This document shows positions 1 to 11,829 of a DNA stretch of 64,000 nucleotides, one piece after another; within the stretch, counting starts at the first letter, position 1, and each line of letters starts with the position of its first letter. The notes beneath the pieces are model-generated. The model had not been told where the DNA came from, did no database searches, and saw only the letters and a list, made by a program, of their open reading frames with translations. Source of the stretch: Octopus bimaculoides (Eukaryota); assembly GCF_001194135.2 (NCBI RefSeq), contig NC_068982.1:44833775-44897774 (forward strand), in the 5' to 3' direction. The position numbers and the translations under genes are program-made.

Positions 1-324
1 GGTAGTATCAGTTGGAAATATTTATAAGTTATTCATTCAGCTCGTTTTCATAATTACAACTCATGTATATCTGAATTTTGCTTTTGTAAGATTTTATCAA
101 AAGATTTTCCATGGGCAGTTAGTTATTCAATTGCCTGGAGGTAGGATGTGAATCAGTGCCCCACCTTCAAAATAATAATGAACTGATAAGTATATAGTGC
201 TACTAATTTCTCATCTCCAGTCGTTTTGATAGAAACAATTTCGATGTGATTCTATAAAGTAACTTTTGCCTTGGAGGATTCTTCAGCCATAGAAGACAGA
301 TGTGAACTCTATAATTTCTTACAG

Positions 325-560
325 AACCTGCACAGCTGATCTGTTAATAGCAATCAAGTGATTGTGCTGTCCATTAGCTCAATCTCTCCATCGAATTGAC
401 ATTATCTGTGCAGGTGCACAATGTATCACACATCAGATGTTGATGTGATCACAGAGCAACATGAGATGCTCAAGAACATAACACACCACCCAGTCTTGGA
501 GGTGAACCCATGATCTCTCAATCATGACTGCAACACCCTAACCACTAAGCCACACACCAT
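325..560 (-). mobile_element. tRNA-headed SINE, working family F, decayed
   Basis: Reverse strand reads gtgtggcttagtggttagggtgttgcagtcatga (A-box-like head) then tgttcttgagca. The body aligns with 633-872 and 54420-54645. Confidence 0.7.
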
Positions 561-632
561 TATGCACACACACACATTGTGTACTTTCTTGTTGTAGACA
601 ACAGATGAGGGTTTTGCAATTTCTTGCTGAAC

Positions 633-872
633 AACTGCACAGCTGATTTGCTTATAATGATCAAATGTTTGTGTTGTACATGAGCACAATCCCTCTATCA
701 AATTGACATTCTTGTACAGGTGCAGGGTGTGCCCCATTTAAGAAATCAAAATGATCACAGAGTAATGTGAGATGAAGTGTTTTGCTCAAGAACATAATGC
801 ATTGCTCAGTTGAGGAATCAAAACTTCAATCTCTTGATCAGGTTACACCCAAATTATTAGACAACACACCCT
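633..872 (-). mobile_element. SINE family F, second tandem copy
   Basis: Shares ctgcacagctgat...aattgacatt...gtgcaggtg...gctcaagaacata with 325-560, same orientation. Confidence 0.7.
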
Positions 873-1437
873 CACTAAACTTTAGCATTGAAGTGAAATG
901 AAAGCTAAATCTTTCCAAGTTTGGCACACATTTATTGGCATTACATCATCTCTTCATGTCTATGATCCTGAAATGTCACTGGTTCATAGATACCATGAGA
1001 GGGCTAAGTATTGCAGTTATTGTGCCACAAATTAAGTGACCATTTTGACTTTTCAGAAGTATATCTGGAACTAAATTATCCAATGTGTTCTTTCTTTTTT
1101 ATAAAATAGCAGGTACAGTTTAAAGGAGATTTGATTGTTTTTTCTAGCAACATTGTGTGAGCTCTCTTGAACTTACTGCTAGAGAAAACACGGTTGGTGT
1201 TATAATTAATGAATGTTTGCATTAATAATAAAATAGCCACTACCATAATCGATATTGTAAACTAAGAAATTTAAACCAATTAAAATTATATCTTCTCTGA
1301 TGAGAATAATCATTAACTAAATTACTAATTTTGTTATAAAAAGACAATGAAGGCAATATAAAGATCTTATTTGATTAACATTAATTAAATATGAAATGCA
1401 GTGGAGGATGAGTTTGATCTTTCGTTGTATGAGAACA

Positions 1438-1478
1438 ACTTCAGACATGTTTCAGTCCAATTACTTCATCAGGGAAGC
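1438..1478 (-). ncRNA. Minimal type I hammerhead ribozyme motif (Penelope-type)
   Basis: Minus strand: gcttcc CTGATGA agt-aattgg-act GAAAC at GTC tgaagt. Core intact, 3-bp stem II, palindromic ACATGT stem III, GUC cleavage triplet. Stem I has 4 WC pairs plus one wobble; pair 1.1-2.1 is mismatched. Confidence 0.75.
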
Positions 1479-1521
1479 ATTACCTAACTATTGATACAAA
1501 TGAAGAGAATTCCCTGTATAG

Positions 1522-1620
1522 TCATGGCTCTGTGTCTAAGAAGATTGCTTTTCACTCACTAATTTCAGGTTCAGTTCCACTGCACAGCTTCTTAGGCAAG
1601 TGTCTTATACTACAGCTCTC
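1522..1620 (+). mobile_element. SINE family B head fragment
   Basis: tggctctgtgtctaagaag...ggttcagttccactgcac...ggcaagtgtctt matches the head of the young copy at 9535-9930. Confidence 0.6.
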
Positions 1621-1627
1621 TAAATTA

Positions 1628-2226
1628 GGCATTAAAACACTAAAGGAAACAAAATGTAACACCACATCTCAAAATACTAACATATGCATCAACTCACAAC
1701 CCTAGAAACAATGAGGCATACAACACTATTGTACAAAATCTACCTAAGCTCACTAGAGATCCAAAACTGAACAACATTCTGGAAACACATAAATTCATCA
1801 AATGCAAAAAGCAACACAAATCACTGAAAAGACTTGAAACCAATGGTTAAAAACTATGGGTGTCCAAACTGTAGAACAGGCCCTGACCTGCTGGAAGGTT
1901 CAGAATTCTTATTCAAACAAGGAGAGAGGTTCACAATTAAAATCAACTTTATCTGTGCTTCCAAGAATCTAATATATGCTATAACTTGTTCAGATTGTGG
2001 ACATAACTATATAGGACAGACAAGTATGGCACTTAGACAGAGAACCACACTACATAAGGAAAAGATCCATTTCCCACTGTACAGACAGATTCCTTTGAGT
2101 GAACATATAGAGAGATGTGCAGAAGAAACAATTTCTGTACAAGAAACAATTTCTGTACAAGAACGTTTAGATAAAGAAAATTTATTGATCAAAAAATATA
2201 GAACATGCCTAAATATGAATACATAA
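1628..2226 (+). mobile_element. Penelope-like element 3' remnant (RT C-terminal linker plus GIY-YIG endonuclease), frameshifted
   Basis: Frame 3 from about 1644 reads ILTYASTHNPRNNEAYNTIVQNLPKLTRDPKL...KKQHKSLKRL. Frame 1 (1834-2226) has CPNC..., NLIYAITCSDCGHNYIGQT..LRQR..LH, SEH and terminal ERLDKENLLIKKY...LN, the PLE GIY-YIG layout. Confidence 0.9.
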
Positions 2227-2492
2227 CCAACTGCAGTCTCAGTATATATTTTAATTCATGTTCATATACCCATCACTATAAATATTTCATCTCAGTACTT
2301 TAGCTTTTGAAATTTTGTATATTTATTTTCCCATCCCCAAAAAATGACTAATTACTTCCCCTGACCCCAATAATAACGATCACCAATTACCTCCTTTTAG
2401 ATTTTTCTACTTGTTGATTCATTTCATTCACAAACTCCCATACACAACATGAACTAAAATCTTAAGAAAATACAAAATTACAATAATTTCAA

Positions 2493-2525
2493 TGTCATGG
2501 TTAGCGAAAGCGAAACCAGTCAACG
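2493..2525 (+). ncRNA. Degenerate hammerhead ribozyme relic
   Basis: tgtc atggtta gc-gaaa-gc GAAAC ca GTC. GNRA-capped stem II and GAAAC..GTC are present, but the core matches CTGANGA at only 4/7. Lies 270 bp downstream of the GIY-YIG stop. Confidence 0.4.
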
Positions 2526-2758
2526 AACACAATACTCTTTCACTTATAAAATGTAATAAAAGATATATCAAAACTATATTAGCTGTGTTGTGCATTTTCC
2601 TTCTTTCATTTTATATATATATTTTTGGCATTACAACTCGCATGGAGATAATCAAAATTCTCTTCCTCCCTTTTTCTTATATATATATATATATATATAT
2701 ACACGCATACATACATACACTTGCATATATGNNNNNNNNNNGCATATATGTGTGTGTA

Positions 2759-2789
<31 letters not shown>

Positions 2790-2794
<5 letters not shown>

Positions 2795-3037
2795 GTAGTT
2801 GTGGCCAATGCCAGAGCCGCCTGACTGGCACCCGTGTTGGTGGCACACAATAAGCACCATTCATGCATGGATCAATGCCAGTGCTGCCTGACTGGCTCCC
2901 GTGCCGGTGATATGTAAAAAGCACCCATTACACTCTTGGAGTGGTTGGAATTAGGAAGGGCATCTTGCTGTAGAAACCTTGCCAGATCAGATTGGAGCTT
3001 GGTGCAGCCTCCTGGCTTGCCAGTCCCCAGTCAAACC
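2790..3037 (+). mobile_element. SINE-like family D (RTE-type tail), relatively young, runs into gap
   Basis: aaaaagcaccca.tacactc..gagtggttgg..ttaggaagggcatc..gctgtagaaacc block recurs many times in the window. Contains an internal duplication of tgccag.gc.gcctgactggc.cccgtg. Confidence 0.8.
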
Positions 3038-3814
3038 NNNNNNNNNNNNNNNNNNNNNNNNNNNNNNNNNNNNNATATACACACATACATACATACTTTT
3101 ATGATAAAACAAAATTTAGGAAGACCAATAATGATTTGTGTCACAAAGATTGAATCATTTGCAAAAAGTGACAGCAAGAGTTGAGTACAATAAAAATGCT
3201 GCAGGGAGTAGAAAATATATATACACACATGTATCTGTATATGCATATGTGCATATATGTGTCTGTTTAGATGTTTGCAATCTGCAATTCACATGAGAAA
3301 GTGATGAACTATAGATGGTGATGGTTGACATTTCCCAGCGTATGAATCATTCACAAGCTCTGTGCTTTTGAAGACAGCTAGAATGAAAACTCCCTTACTT
3401 GAAAAAAAACCATTTAAGGGTCAGTAACAGAAAATGCACCCGGCAATTAAACAATACCTTAATAATGTTTTAGTCTCACCCACGTCTACATGAGAAAAAA
3501 ATAGACGAACATGAAATGACTGAACAAATGAACTTAACAAAGTGAGGAAAACACCCAGGAGTGCTTGCTGTGTAAAAGCTTAATAGTAAGGGATTTGATG
3601 AATAACAAATATACAATCACTTTTTGTCATGAGTACAGAGATAAGTTAAAGAAGCACATCTGATACAGACAAGTGAAGCCATTAACTATAATATAAATGC
3701 TTATCTAAGATAAATAAAAATTGATTGGATATTTTTTTTTTTATTCATATATTTATCAATCTATTTCTGGTGAAGAACTGAATTAGGTGGAGCTGCTCTT
3801 CTCGGTGCATCTGG

Positions 3815-3932
<118 letters not shown>

Positions 3933-3934
3933 CC

Positions 3935-4275
3935 TTTTATGTTTCATCTGTTTCAGTCACTAGACTGTGGCCATGCTGGAGCAGCGCCTTAAAAAACTTT
4001 TAATAGGATGAATTGAACCTAGTGCTTATTTTTTTTTTAAAGCTTAGTACTTATACTGTTTGTCTCTTTTTGTCAAACCACTAAGTTACAGGGACATAAA
4101 CACACCAATATCAGTTGTCAGACACAAAAACACACACATACATATATACAATGGTCTTCTTTCAGTTTACATCTACCAAATCCACTCACAAGGCTTTGGT
4201 CAACCAGGAGCTGTAGTAGAAGACACTTGCCCAAGGTGACCATGCAGTGGGACTAAACCTGGAACCATGTGGTTT
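3935..4275 (-). mobile_element. SINE family B1
   Basis: Colinear with 9535-9930 (tgtggccatgctggagca...ggaaccatgtgg). Confidence 0.85.
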
Positions 4276-4489
4276 TAATCATTAGACTGTAGCATTGCTG
4301 AGATATGACCTTTTAGGTCAATCACATCGATCTCCATTCTTTATTAGTATTTATTTTTCCACTTATAGTTATTTTATATACCTCAGCAGGAATGAAAGAC
4401 AATATGGATTGGACAGAATTTGAAATAATGTATAAATGGACATAACTAAAACATCACAAGCTATTTGGCCCAATGCCCTACTAATGTCA

Positions 4490-4930
4490 ACATGTATGGC
4501 TGCCTAGTTAGTGTTCAACTCACAGTCATTGAGTCTTGGGTTTGATTTTCAAACTAAACTGTGTATCATGTCCTTGTCCACTCCAGTCCACTCAGATGAG
4601 AATGAGTTCCAGTGGTACCTGGGGTGAAGGTAACTCATTTAGGGAGCGGTCATGTAATTTCAGTTGTCTGAATGTCTCAGAATTCCAGATAGCATCGTAT
4701 TTCATGAGCCTGTAGGCTTGAGGCAGTCTTATTTTGATTTATACTAATACACCTTCCATTTCATATTTGCTTATCTAACATTCCTCCTGGACGAAACACT
4801 TGTCTGTTACAAGGTTAGCTATTTGCAGCTGAGTAGACTGGAGCAACATGCTCAAGAACGCAATTTGCCACCAGTCTGAGAATCAAAACCATGATTTTGC
4901 AAAAGTGAGTGTAACACCCCCATCACTAGC
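4490..4930. mobile_element. Two decayed tRNA-headed SINE fragments (family G-like), + then -
   Basis: ccagtccactcag...aatgag on + at about 4580; cagctgagtagactggagcaac...gctcaagaac on - at about 4830. Confidence 0.55.
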
Positions 4931-5052
4931 CCGCATACATTCAGACATACACACATACCCTTATATATACATGTATACATATGTGTGTGTATTTTATATA
5001 TATATATATGTATATACATATTATATTTATATATTTGTTTGTTTTATTTATA

Positions 5053-5092
<40 letters not shown>

Positions 5093-5843
5093 GTCTTCAA
5101 GACAAATAGGCGAAGAATTATATATATTGACTGTACAACCATCTGAATTGGTTTATTTGATGGAGGGTGGGGGTGCAGTTTTGTTTTTGTTGTATAAGTG
5201 TTTTTTTTCTTTCATCTATTTTTTTTTTTTACACTAAACAATTTATTTTTGTGAGGATTTATCAGTTGATATTTGATGTGTTTTTCTCACAAGAACATTA
5301 TTTAAACTTTCAAAGCAAGATACTTGTGTTAAAAAAAATTATTTTTGAATAAAAATAATAATAATAATAATAAACACATATAATGGAGCTGGCTAATGTA
5401 TGCAGAAATTTGTAAGAGCTTTTGCATGAGTCGGTGGTGATGTAGAAACAGATGTTGATAAATTCATGACTAAATTTGTCAATAATTAAGAGAAAGTTAT
5501 TGAATCATGTGGGAAAAGAGAAATACCTAGATTATAGTAGCATAATCTTTTAGGCTAATCTCATAGAGAGCATCAAATGATTTTATTTTCAAAGAGCTAT
5601 GTTAACCCCCGGCAAGGAGTCATGGCTTAGTAATGATTATGTACATAATGAAATACTCCATATATATACATTACACAGAGCATGACTGTGTTTATCCATT
5701 TAAATGTTTTTCGCTCTCTGTAAGAGGGACAGCTCGAAAATGTCAGATTCCTTTTCCTATCTGCAACACATAAATTTATCTGAGCTCATAAACTTTGCTT
5801 TGTATGTATGCATGTATGTATATATGTATGCACACACACACAC

Positions 5844-5899
<56 letters not shown>

Positions 5900-6179
5900 C
5901 GCAGACATACACATGCATTGAAAATTTTCTGAATGAAAGATCAAAGAAATCAAAATCTAAAGAGGTTTCAATGTTCTGAAATAACTTTGCTTCATTTACA
6001 GATTCTAAATATTTTAGTTTCTGAAGTTATGCTGGAATTAGTGAAAGCAGAGATTCTCAGAGTTCATGCATAGGAAGCAATTCCCAAAACCATGAGGGTT
6101 TAAATTCAGCCATGCCTGCACCTATATGAATGGATGGATGGATGGATTGTATATCATATATCATGCCATCATCAGTTTC

Positions 6180-6540
6180 ATCATCAACAGCATCATCATC
6201 TCCATCATCTTCATTATTCAACATACATGTTCCATAGTGGCATGTGGCGGGTGGTAAGACAGGTTCCAATGGCTCCAAATACTGCATTGCACTCCATTGT
6301 CTACCTTGACATGATGGTTCCTGTGACTGCTTGCCCTTCCTAATGCCAGCCATTTTTCAGGGCACCAGCACTAGTGAGGTTGCCATCTAACTTCCAAGAC
6401 CATGAACTCAGAAGGTGGCTTTATGCACAGAGCTGCAAAGTCAAAGTATGAGAGACAGGGCTCCTGGAGAAGAGGGTCTTTTGCTGTAGAAGGTTTACAT
6501 AGCTACTCGCTTTTGGAAGAGGGCATGGTGATAGTGTAAT
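6180..6540 (-). mobile_element. Family D, long decayed copy
   Basis: (cat)n tail at left; gcccttcctaatgccagcca and ggcaccagcactagtgaggttgcc shared with other D copies. Confidence 0.65.
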
Positions 6541-6660
6541 TCAAGTGGAGTTGCATACATTTGTGTGTGTATGCATGATGATTTATAGCAGACAATGTAA
6601 TCTATACATTTATACAGAAATATATATATACATATATTTACATATATATATATATATATA

Positions 6661-7394
6661 NNNNNNNNNNNNNNNNNNNNNNNNNNNNNNNNNNNNNNNN
6701 NNNNNNNNNNNNNNNNNNNNNNNNNNNNNNNNNNNNNNNNNNNNNNNNNNNNNNNNNNNNNNNNNNNNNNNNNNNNNNNNNNNNNNNNNNNNNNNNNNNN
6801 NNNNNNNNNNNNNNNNNNNNNNNNNNNNNNNNNNNNNNNNNNNNNNNNNNNNNNNNNNNNNNNNNNNNNNNNNNNNNNNNNNNNNNNNNNNNNNNNNNNN
6901 NNNNNNNNNNNNNNNNNNNNNNNNNNNNNNNNNNNNNNNNNNNNNNNNNNNNNNNNNNNNNNNNNNNNNNNNNNNNNNNNNNNNNNNNNNNNNNNNNNNN
7001 NNNNNNNNNNNNNNNNNNNNNNNNNNNNNNNNNNNNNNNNNNNNNNNNNNNNNNNNNNNNNNNNNNNNNNNNNNNNNNNNNNNNNNNNNNNNNNNNNNNN
7101 NNNNNNNNNNNNNNNNNNNNNNNNNNNNNNNNNNNNNNNNNNNNNNNNNNNNNNNNNNNNNNNNNNNNNNNNNNNNNNNNNNNNNNNNNNNNNNNNNNNN
7201 NNNNNNNNNNNNNNNNNNNNNNNNNNNNNNNNNNNNNNNNNNNNNNNNNNNNNNNNNNNNNNNNNNNNNNNNNNNNNNNNNNNNNNNNNNNNNNNNNNNN
7301 NNNNNNNNNNNNNNNNNNNNNNNNNNNNNNNNNNNNNNNNNNNNNNNNNNNNNNNNNNNNNNNNNNNNNNNNNNNNNNNNNNNNNNNNNNNNNN
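6661..7394. other. Assembly gap (other large gaps: 12000-12584, 35156-35465, 45358-45657, 47086-47646, 50735-51050)
   Basis: Runs of N, mostly flanked by (TA)n/(CA)n or homopolymer tracts. Confidence 1.
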
Positions 7395-7449
7395 ACATAT
7401 ATATTTATATATATATATGTGTGTAATTTAGTAAGTATGAATGTATGAA

Positions 7450-7483
<34 letters not shown>

Positions 7484-7951
7484 TGGAAGATATATGTATA
7501 ATATGCGTGTGTGCATGTGTATGTAAGTATGTGTGTGTGTATGTGTGTGCATGTGCATATGTACATATCTATTAAACTAATCTACTCTCAATATTTTGTT
7601 GATATAAGCTAACTTTTATGGTCTCCTCAGAGGAATCATTAAAACTCCAATACCTCAATCTCGTAAAACGTGATACCCTATCAAAATTTATAGTTGTATT
7701 AGAGTGAATCAGTAAGCAATTGAAACATGGTATGAATGAAATACCAGTTGTTACTTAGTTGCAATTAATTTAGTTTCGATAAGTACTCGAATATGTTGGA
7801 GTGTTGAGAAAACTACCTGCGAGCTCAGAAATGATGACTTAGCTTTCAATTCTGCCTTCTTGCTAGGATACAGATTGGTTACATTCTTTATAACTATACC
7901 CTATAGATGCTCTATGGGATTTAGCTCTGTTGGCTTTCTTGCTTAAGGAGA

Positions 7952-8073
7952 CATGTTGATGTGATGATCAGCATATTAAGTAGTGATTTTGTTCTGGTAA
8001 TACATACAAGTAACAAATTTTATTGCAACAGAAATCCTACCTCACCATATAACCTGTCAACTGACAAGAGTTT
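7952..8073. repeat. Copy 1 of a diverged 122-nt duplicated element
   Basis: Ungapped alignment to 9028-9149 with about 20 substitutions (about 84% identity). Confidence 0.85.
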
Positions 8074-8290
8074 TATATCCTTCAAGCAGTCTTGGTACAC
8101 TGCCTGCCCTGACCATGTTGGAGGGTTGAGAAAAACCACTTGTAACACAGCTCAGCAGCAATGATAGCCTTGGTAGTATTGCTATTAGCCTTCAGTTCTG
8201 CCCGATTGCCAGGATATAGATTTGTAGCAAGAGACAATTTCTATTATTGCATTCTGAAAACATTTGAGTTATATAAGCTCATCATGTTAA

Positions 8291-8511
8291 CCCTTTCGTT
8301 ACCAACCCGGCTGAAACCGGCTCTGGCTCTGAGTACAAATGTCTTGTTTTCATAAGTTTTGAATTAAAATCTTCCACCAAACCTTAGTCACAATTTAGTG
8401 TTCCTAACACTAGCTGAATGATAACTAAGCTATTTTACTAAATTTTTTGTTATATTTGAAGTAATTGAAAGAAACACAGAGCATCTCAGAATAAATACAG
8501 TAATGAAAGGG
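8291..8511. mobile_element. piggyBac-type MITE, family P1
   Basis: TTAA (8287-8290) CCCTTTCGTTAC ... GTAATGAAAGGG TTAA (8512-8515): 12-bp TIR with 1 mismatch and a TTAA TSD. Confidence 0.9.
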
Positions 8512-9027
8512 TTAATCTGTAGTGATTGGTTAACATACCTATCATGTGAGTGTTTGGACAACGTTTTGAGTCCTGTGTTATAATTGGTTGAGTGTTGCAC
8601 AGTGGGGATTGGATCAAAGGTCCAATCACATTTTATTTCAAATAACTAATCCTGTGAATTGGTGAAACAGATTATTTATGAGTCAAAAGGGGTGAGAGTT
8701 TTTCATCAAGGCAAGTTATACAGATCTTGCTGCTTCGAGGAAAATTAACATAATAGAGCCCATGTAACCAATGATGACCCAACTGAACTATTAAAATAAT
8801 GAATGAACAACAACCAACAAAATTTGTAATGTTTCTTGCTTTGATCCACTGTACCACTGGTCTCTTTTGTTTCTTCTACAAACGAACACGCAAAATATAT
8901 TATACAATGATATACATGATTCTTAAGTAAAACCAAGGGAGACTTTAAACCCTTACATAAAAGATTGGTCTCATTTTTTTTTTAGCTATATGAGATTCAG
9001 CTCTTTTGAATTATTTACCTAAGGGAG

Positions 9028-9149
9028 CATGTTGATATGATGATCAGCATATCAAGCAGAGGTTCTGTTCTAGTACTACATGCAGCTGACAAATCTTATT
9101 GCAACAGAAATCCTATATTAACACATAACTTGTCAGCTGACAAGAGTTT
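9028..9149. repeat. Copy 2 of the diverged 122-nt element
   Basis: Aligns to 7952-8073; contains the perfect 16-bp palindrome cttgtcagctgacaag. Confidence 0.85.
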
Positions 9150-9213
9150 CTAAATGCTCCAAGCTCCCTTTGTACCACAGCCTTGCTTTGACTGAATCTC
9201 TGAGTAACTATAT

Positions 9214-9269
9214 TGGTATGGGATGCCATGTTATATGCATCCATACATATGACATGGCACCCCATACCA
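9214..9269. other. Near-perfect hairpin, pre-miRNA-like
   Basis: 24-bp arms tggtatgggatgccatgttatatg / catatgacatggcaccccatacca with an 8-nt loop, one A-C mismatch and one U-G pair on +. Confidence 0.6.
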
Positions 9270-9534
9270 TTGCTGACTGCAGGTGGCTTCAAACAGGTGG
9301 AGTTGCAGAGAGTTCATGGATTGGCTAGAAAAGCACAGAATCTTAAGAGCAGAATTTTCCAACTAGTAGTAAAGCATTTTAGATTTAGTGAGCCTAAAAC
9401 TATTGAACTTTTGATGTTTTATCTTAACTGACACAAATATCCATTCTAATTTTCTGAGATATGACAAAATACTTATCTGTCTGTCTGCCTATTTATCTTT
9501 CTGTGTTTGTATGTTTGTGAGTATACTCTTACTC

Positions 9535-9929
9535 TTTACTCTTTTACTTGTTTCAGTCATTTGACTGTGGCCATGCTGGAGCACCGCCTTTAGTCGAGCA
9601 AATCGACTCCAGGACTTATTCTTTGTAAGCCCAGTACTTATTCTCTCAGTCTTTTTTGCTGGACCGCTAAGTTACGGCGACGTAAACACACCAGCATCGG
9701 TTGTCAAGCGATGTTGGGGGGACAAACACAGACACATAAATATATACACACACATATATATATATACATATATACGATGGGCTTCTTTCAGTTTCCATCT
9801 GCCAAATCCACTCACATGGTTTTGGTCGGCCTGAGGCTATAGTAGAAGACACTTGCCCAAGGTGCCACGCAGTGGGACTGAACCCGGAACCATGTGGTTC
9901 GTAAGCAAGCTACTTACCACACAGCCACT

Positions 9930-9930
<1 letters not shown>
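9535..9930 (-). mobile_element. SINE family B1, full length, young
   Basis: Minus-strand head agtggctgtgtggtaag...ggttccgggttcagtccc (Pol III A/B-box-like), internal (TA/CA)n tract, tail gaaacaagtaaaagagtaaagagta. CpGs retained. Confidence 0.9.
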
Positions 9931-9970
<40 letters not shown>

Positions 9971-10314
9971 CCTTAGCTATAAGCATGATAGTGTAATTAA
10001 AACGTTCACTTTGCAACCACATGTTTTCAGGTTCAGTGCCATTGTGAGGCACTTAGGCAAGTGTTTCAACTATAATCCCAAGTTGAATAATGCCTTGTGA
10101 GGGAATGTACAAGGCAGAAACTATGCAAAATCTCACCATATATGTGTGGGATGGGGATGCGAATGTGCATCTTTGTGTTTGTATTTGTCTTGCACTGCAT
10201 GATAACAGGCATTGCCTCTTTACAACCCTGTACCTTAAGGATTTTATACACACACAAACACACAAACACACAAACACACAAACACACACGCACCCACACA
10301 TATATGGTGCATGT

Positions 10315-10660
10315 ATGTCTGTGTGGTAAGACATGGTTCTGGATTCAGTTCCACTGACTTGCACTTTGGGCAAGTCTTTTCTACGAAAGTCCTGAGCCAA
10401 TCAAAACCTTGTAAGTGGATTTGGTAGGCAGAAACTGAAAGAAGCCCGCCATATATGTGTATGTTTGTATGTGTGTGAGTGTGTGTGTGCATGCATGTGT
10501 GTGGTAGTATGAGTATGTGTGTTGTGACTTCTTGTCTTGACATCACATGATAGTTGTAAATGAGTGTCACTGTCATACAAGCAGTGTTGTTAATCATATC
10601 CAATATTCTGCAAGAATATATCTGGTTAAGGACAACTCTCTGTATATACCAAACCATACA
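10315..10660 (+). mobile_element. SINE family B2 (B head with alternative 3' half)
   Basis: B head to gaaactgaaagaagccc, then a (GT)n tract, then a body matching 54925-55370. Confidence 0.7.
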
Positions 10661-10986
10661 GAACATAAAGAACTATGCAGAACAGAATTCCTACTAAATC
10701 TATAAATGTACTAATGTGTCTCATGAATAATAATTACATTATATTACTTAATGAAGTAGCAATCACAAACAAGTAGCAAAATAACAACTTTAATTGGCAT
10801 TATATGCACGACCTTCATGTACTTTCATATTAACATAGTTTTATGTGGTTATTGTGAACATTCAGCTTTTGGAAACAGTGGAATTTTGAGTAATGAGACA
10901 GCAAAACATTTATCCGCAATCATTTTGGTGTCACCTTCTTATAATGTTACCTAGTGCAGCCTGCTCACATAAACCTCAAATGGTAC

Positions 10987-11023
<37 letters not shown>

Positions 11024-11829
11024 TGTCTGTCTGTATGTATGTATGNNNNNNNNNNTGTGTGTGTGTGTGTGTGTGTGTGTCTGTCTGTCTGTATGTATGT
11101 ATGGCTCTATCAATCTATCTATATGTCTATCTATCTCTACATATGTATCTATGTATGTAAATGTATTTGTGTGTGTATATTTATGTGTGTGTGTGTGTGT
11201 GTGTGTATGTATATGTATATATATATAAATGTATATATATATATATATATATGTATGCCAACTGAAGATTATAGTGACTCTGATAATATGAGGCACTAAT
11301 GAGATTGATATTCCGAATCATTCCCAGTTCCTACATATGTCTGTGTGTGCATTTCTTGCTCGTGTGTATGAGTGTCCATATACATGCATACATGCATACA
11401 TACATACATACATACATACATACATACATACATACATACATACATACATACATGCATGCATGCATACATGGCAATGCCTCTGTGGTTAAGAAATTTGCTT
11501 CACAGCCATGTGATTTTAGGTTCAGTCCAACTGTATGGGACCTTTGGCAAGTCTCTTCTTGTATAACCCTGGGCTCACCATTACCTTATGAGTGAACTTT
11601 CTTGATGGAAACTGGACAAACCATATTGGATGCATATATACATGCATACATCATCATTGTCATCATCAATTTAACATCAACTTTCCATACTTGCTTGGAA
11701 GAACTTTTTGACATAGATTTTTTTACTGCCAGATGACAACCCTTACCTGTTACAAAGTATTCCCATGCAAAGACATGTTTCCACAAAAATTGGAAACAAA
11801 GGACACTGCTTATATGATGGTGACATTTT

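Noticed and set aside
1295-1330. CTGATGA at about 1297 as a hammerhead core
   Set aside because: No stem II and no GAAA at the required distance.
6545-7558. Long ORFs across N gaps (also near 35.1, 45.3, 47.0 and 50.7 kb)
   Set aside because: Open only because N codons cannot be stops; flanks are microsatellite.
10893-11595. CV/HT/YI-repeat ORFs here and throughout the window
   Set aside because: Translations of (GT)n, (TA)n and (TACA)n tracts.
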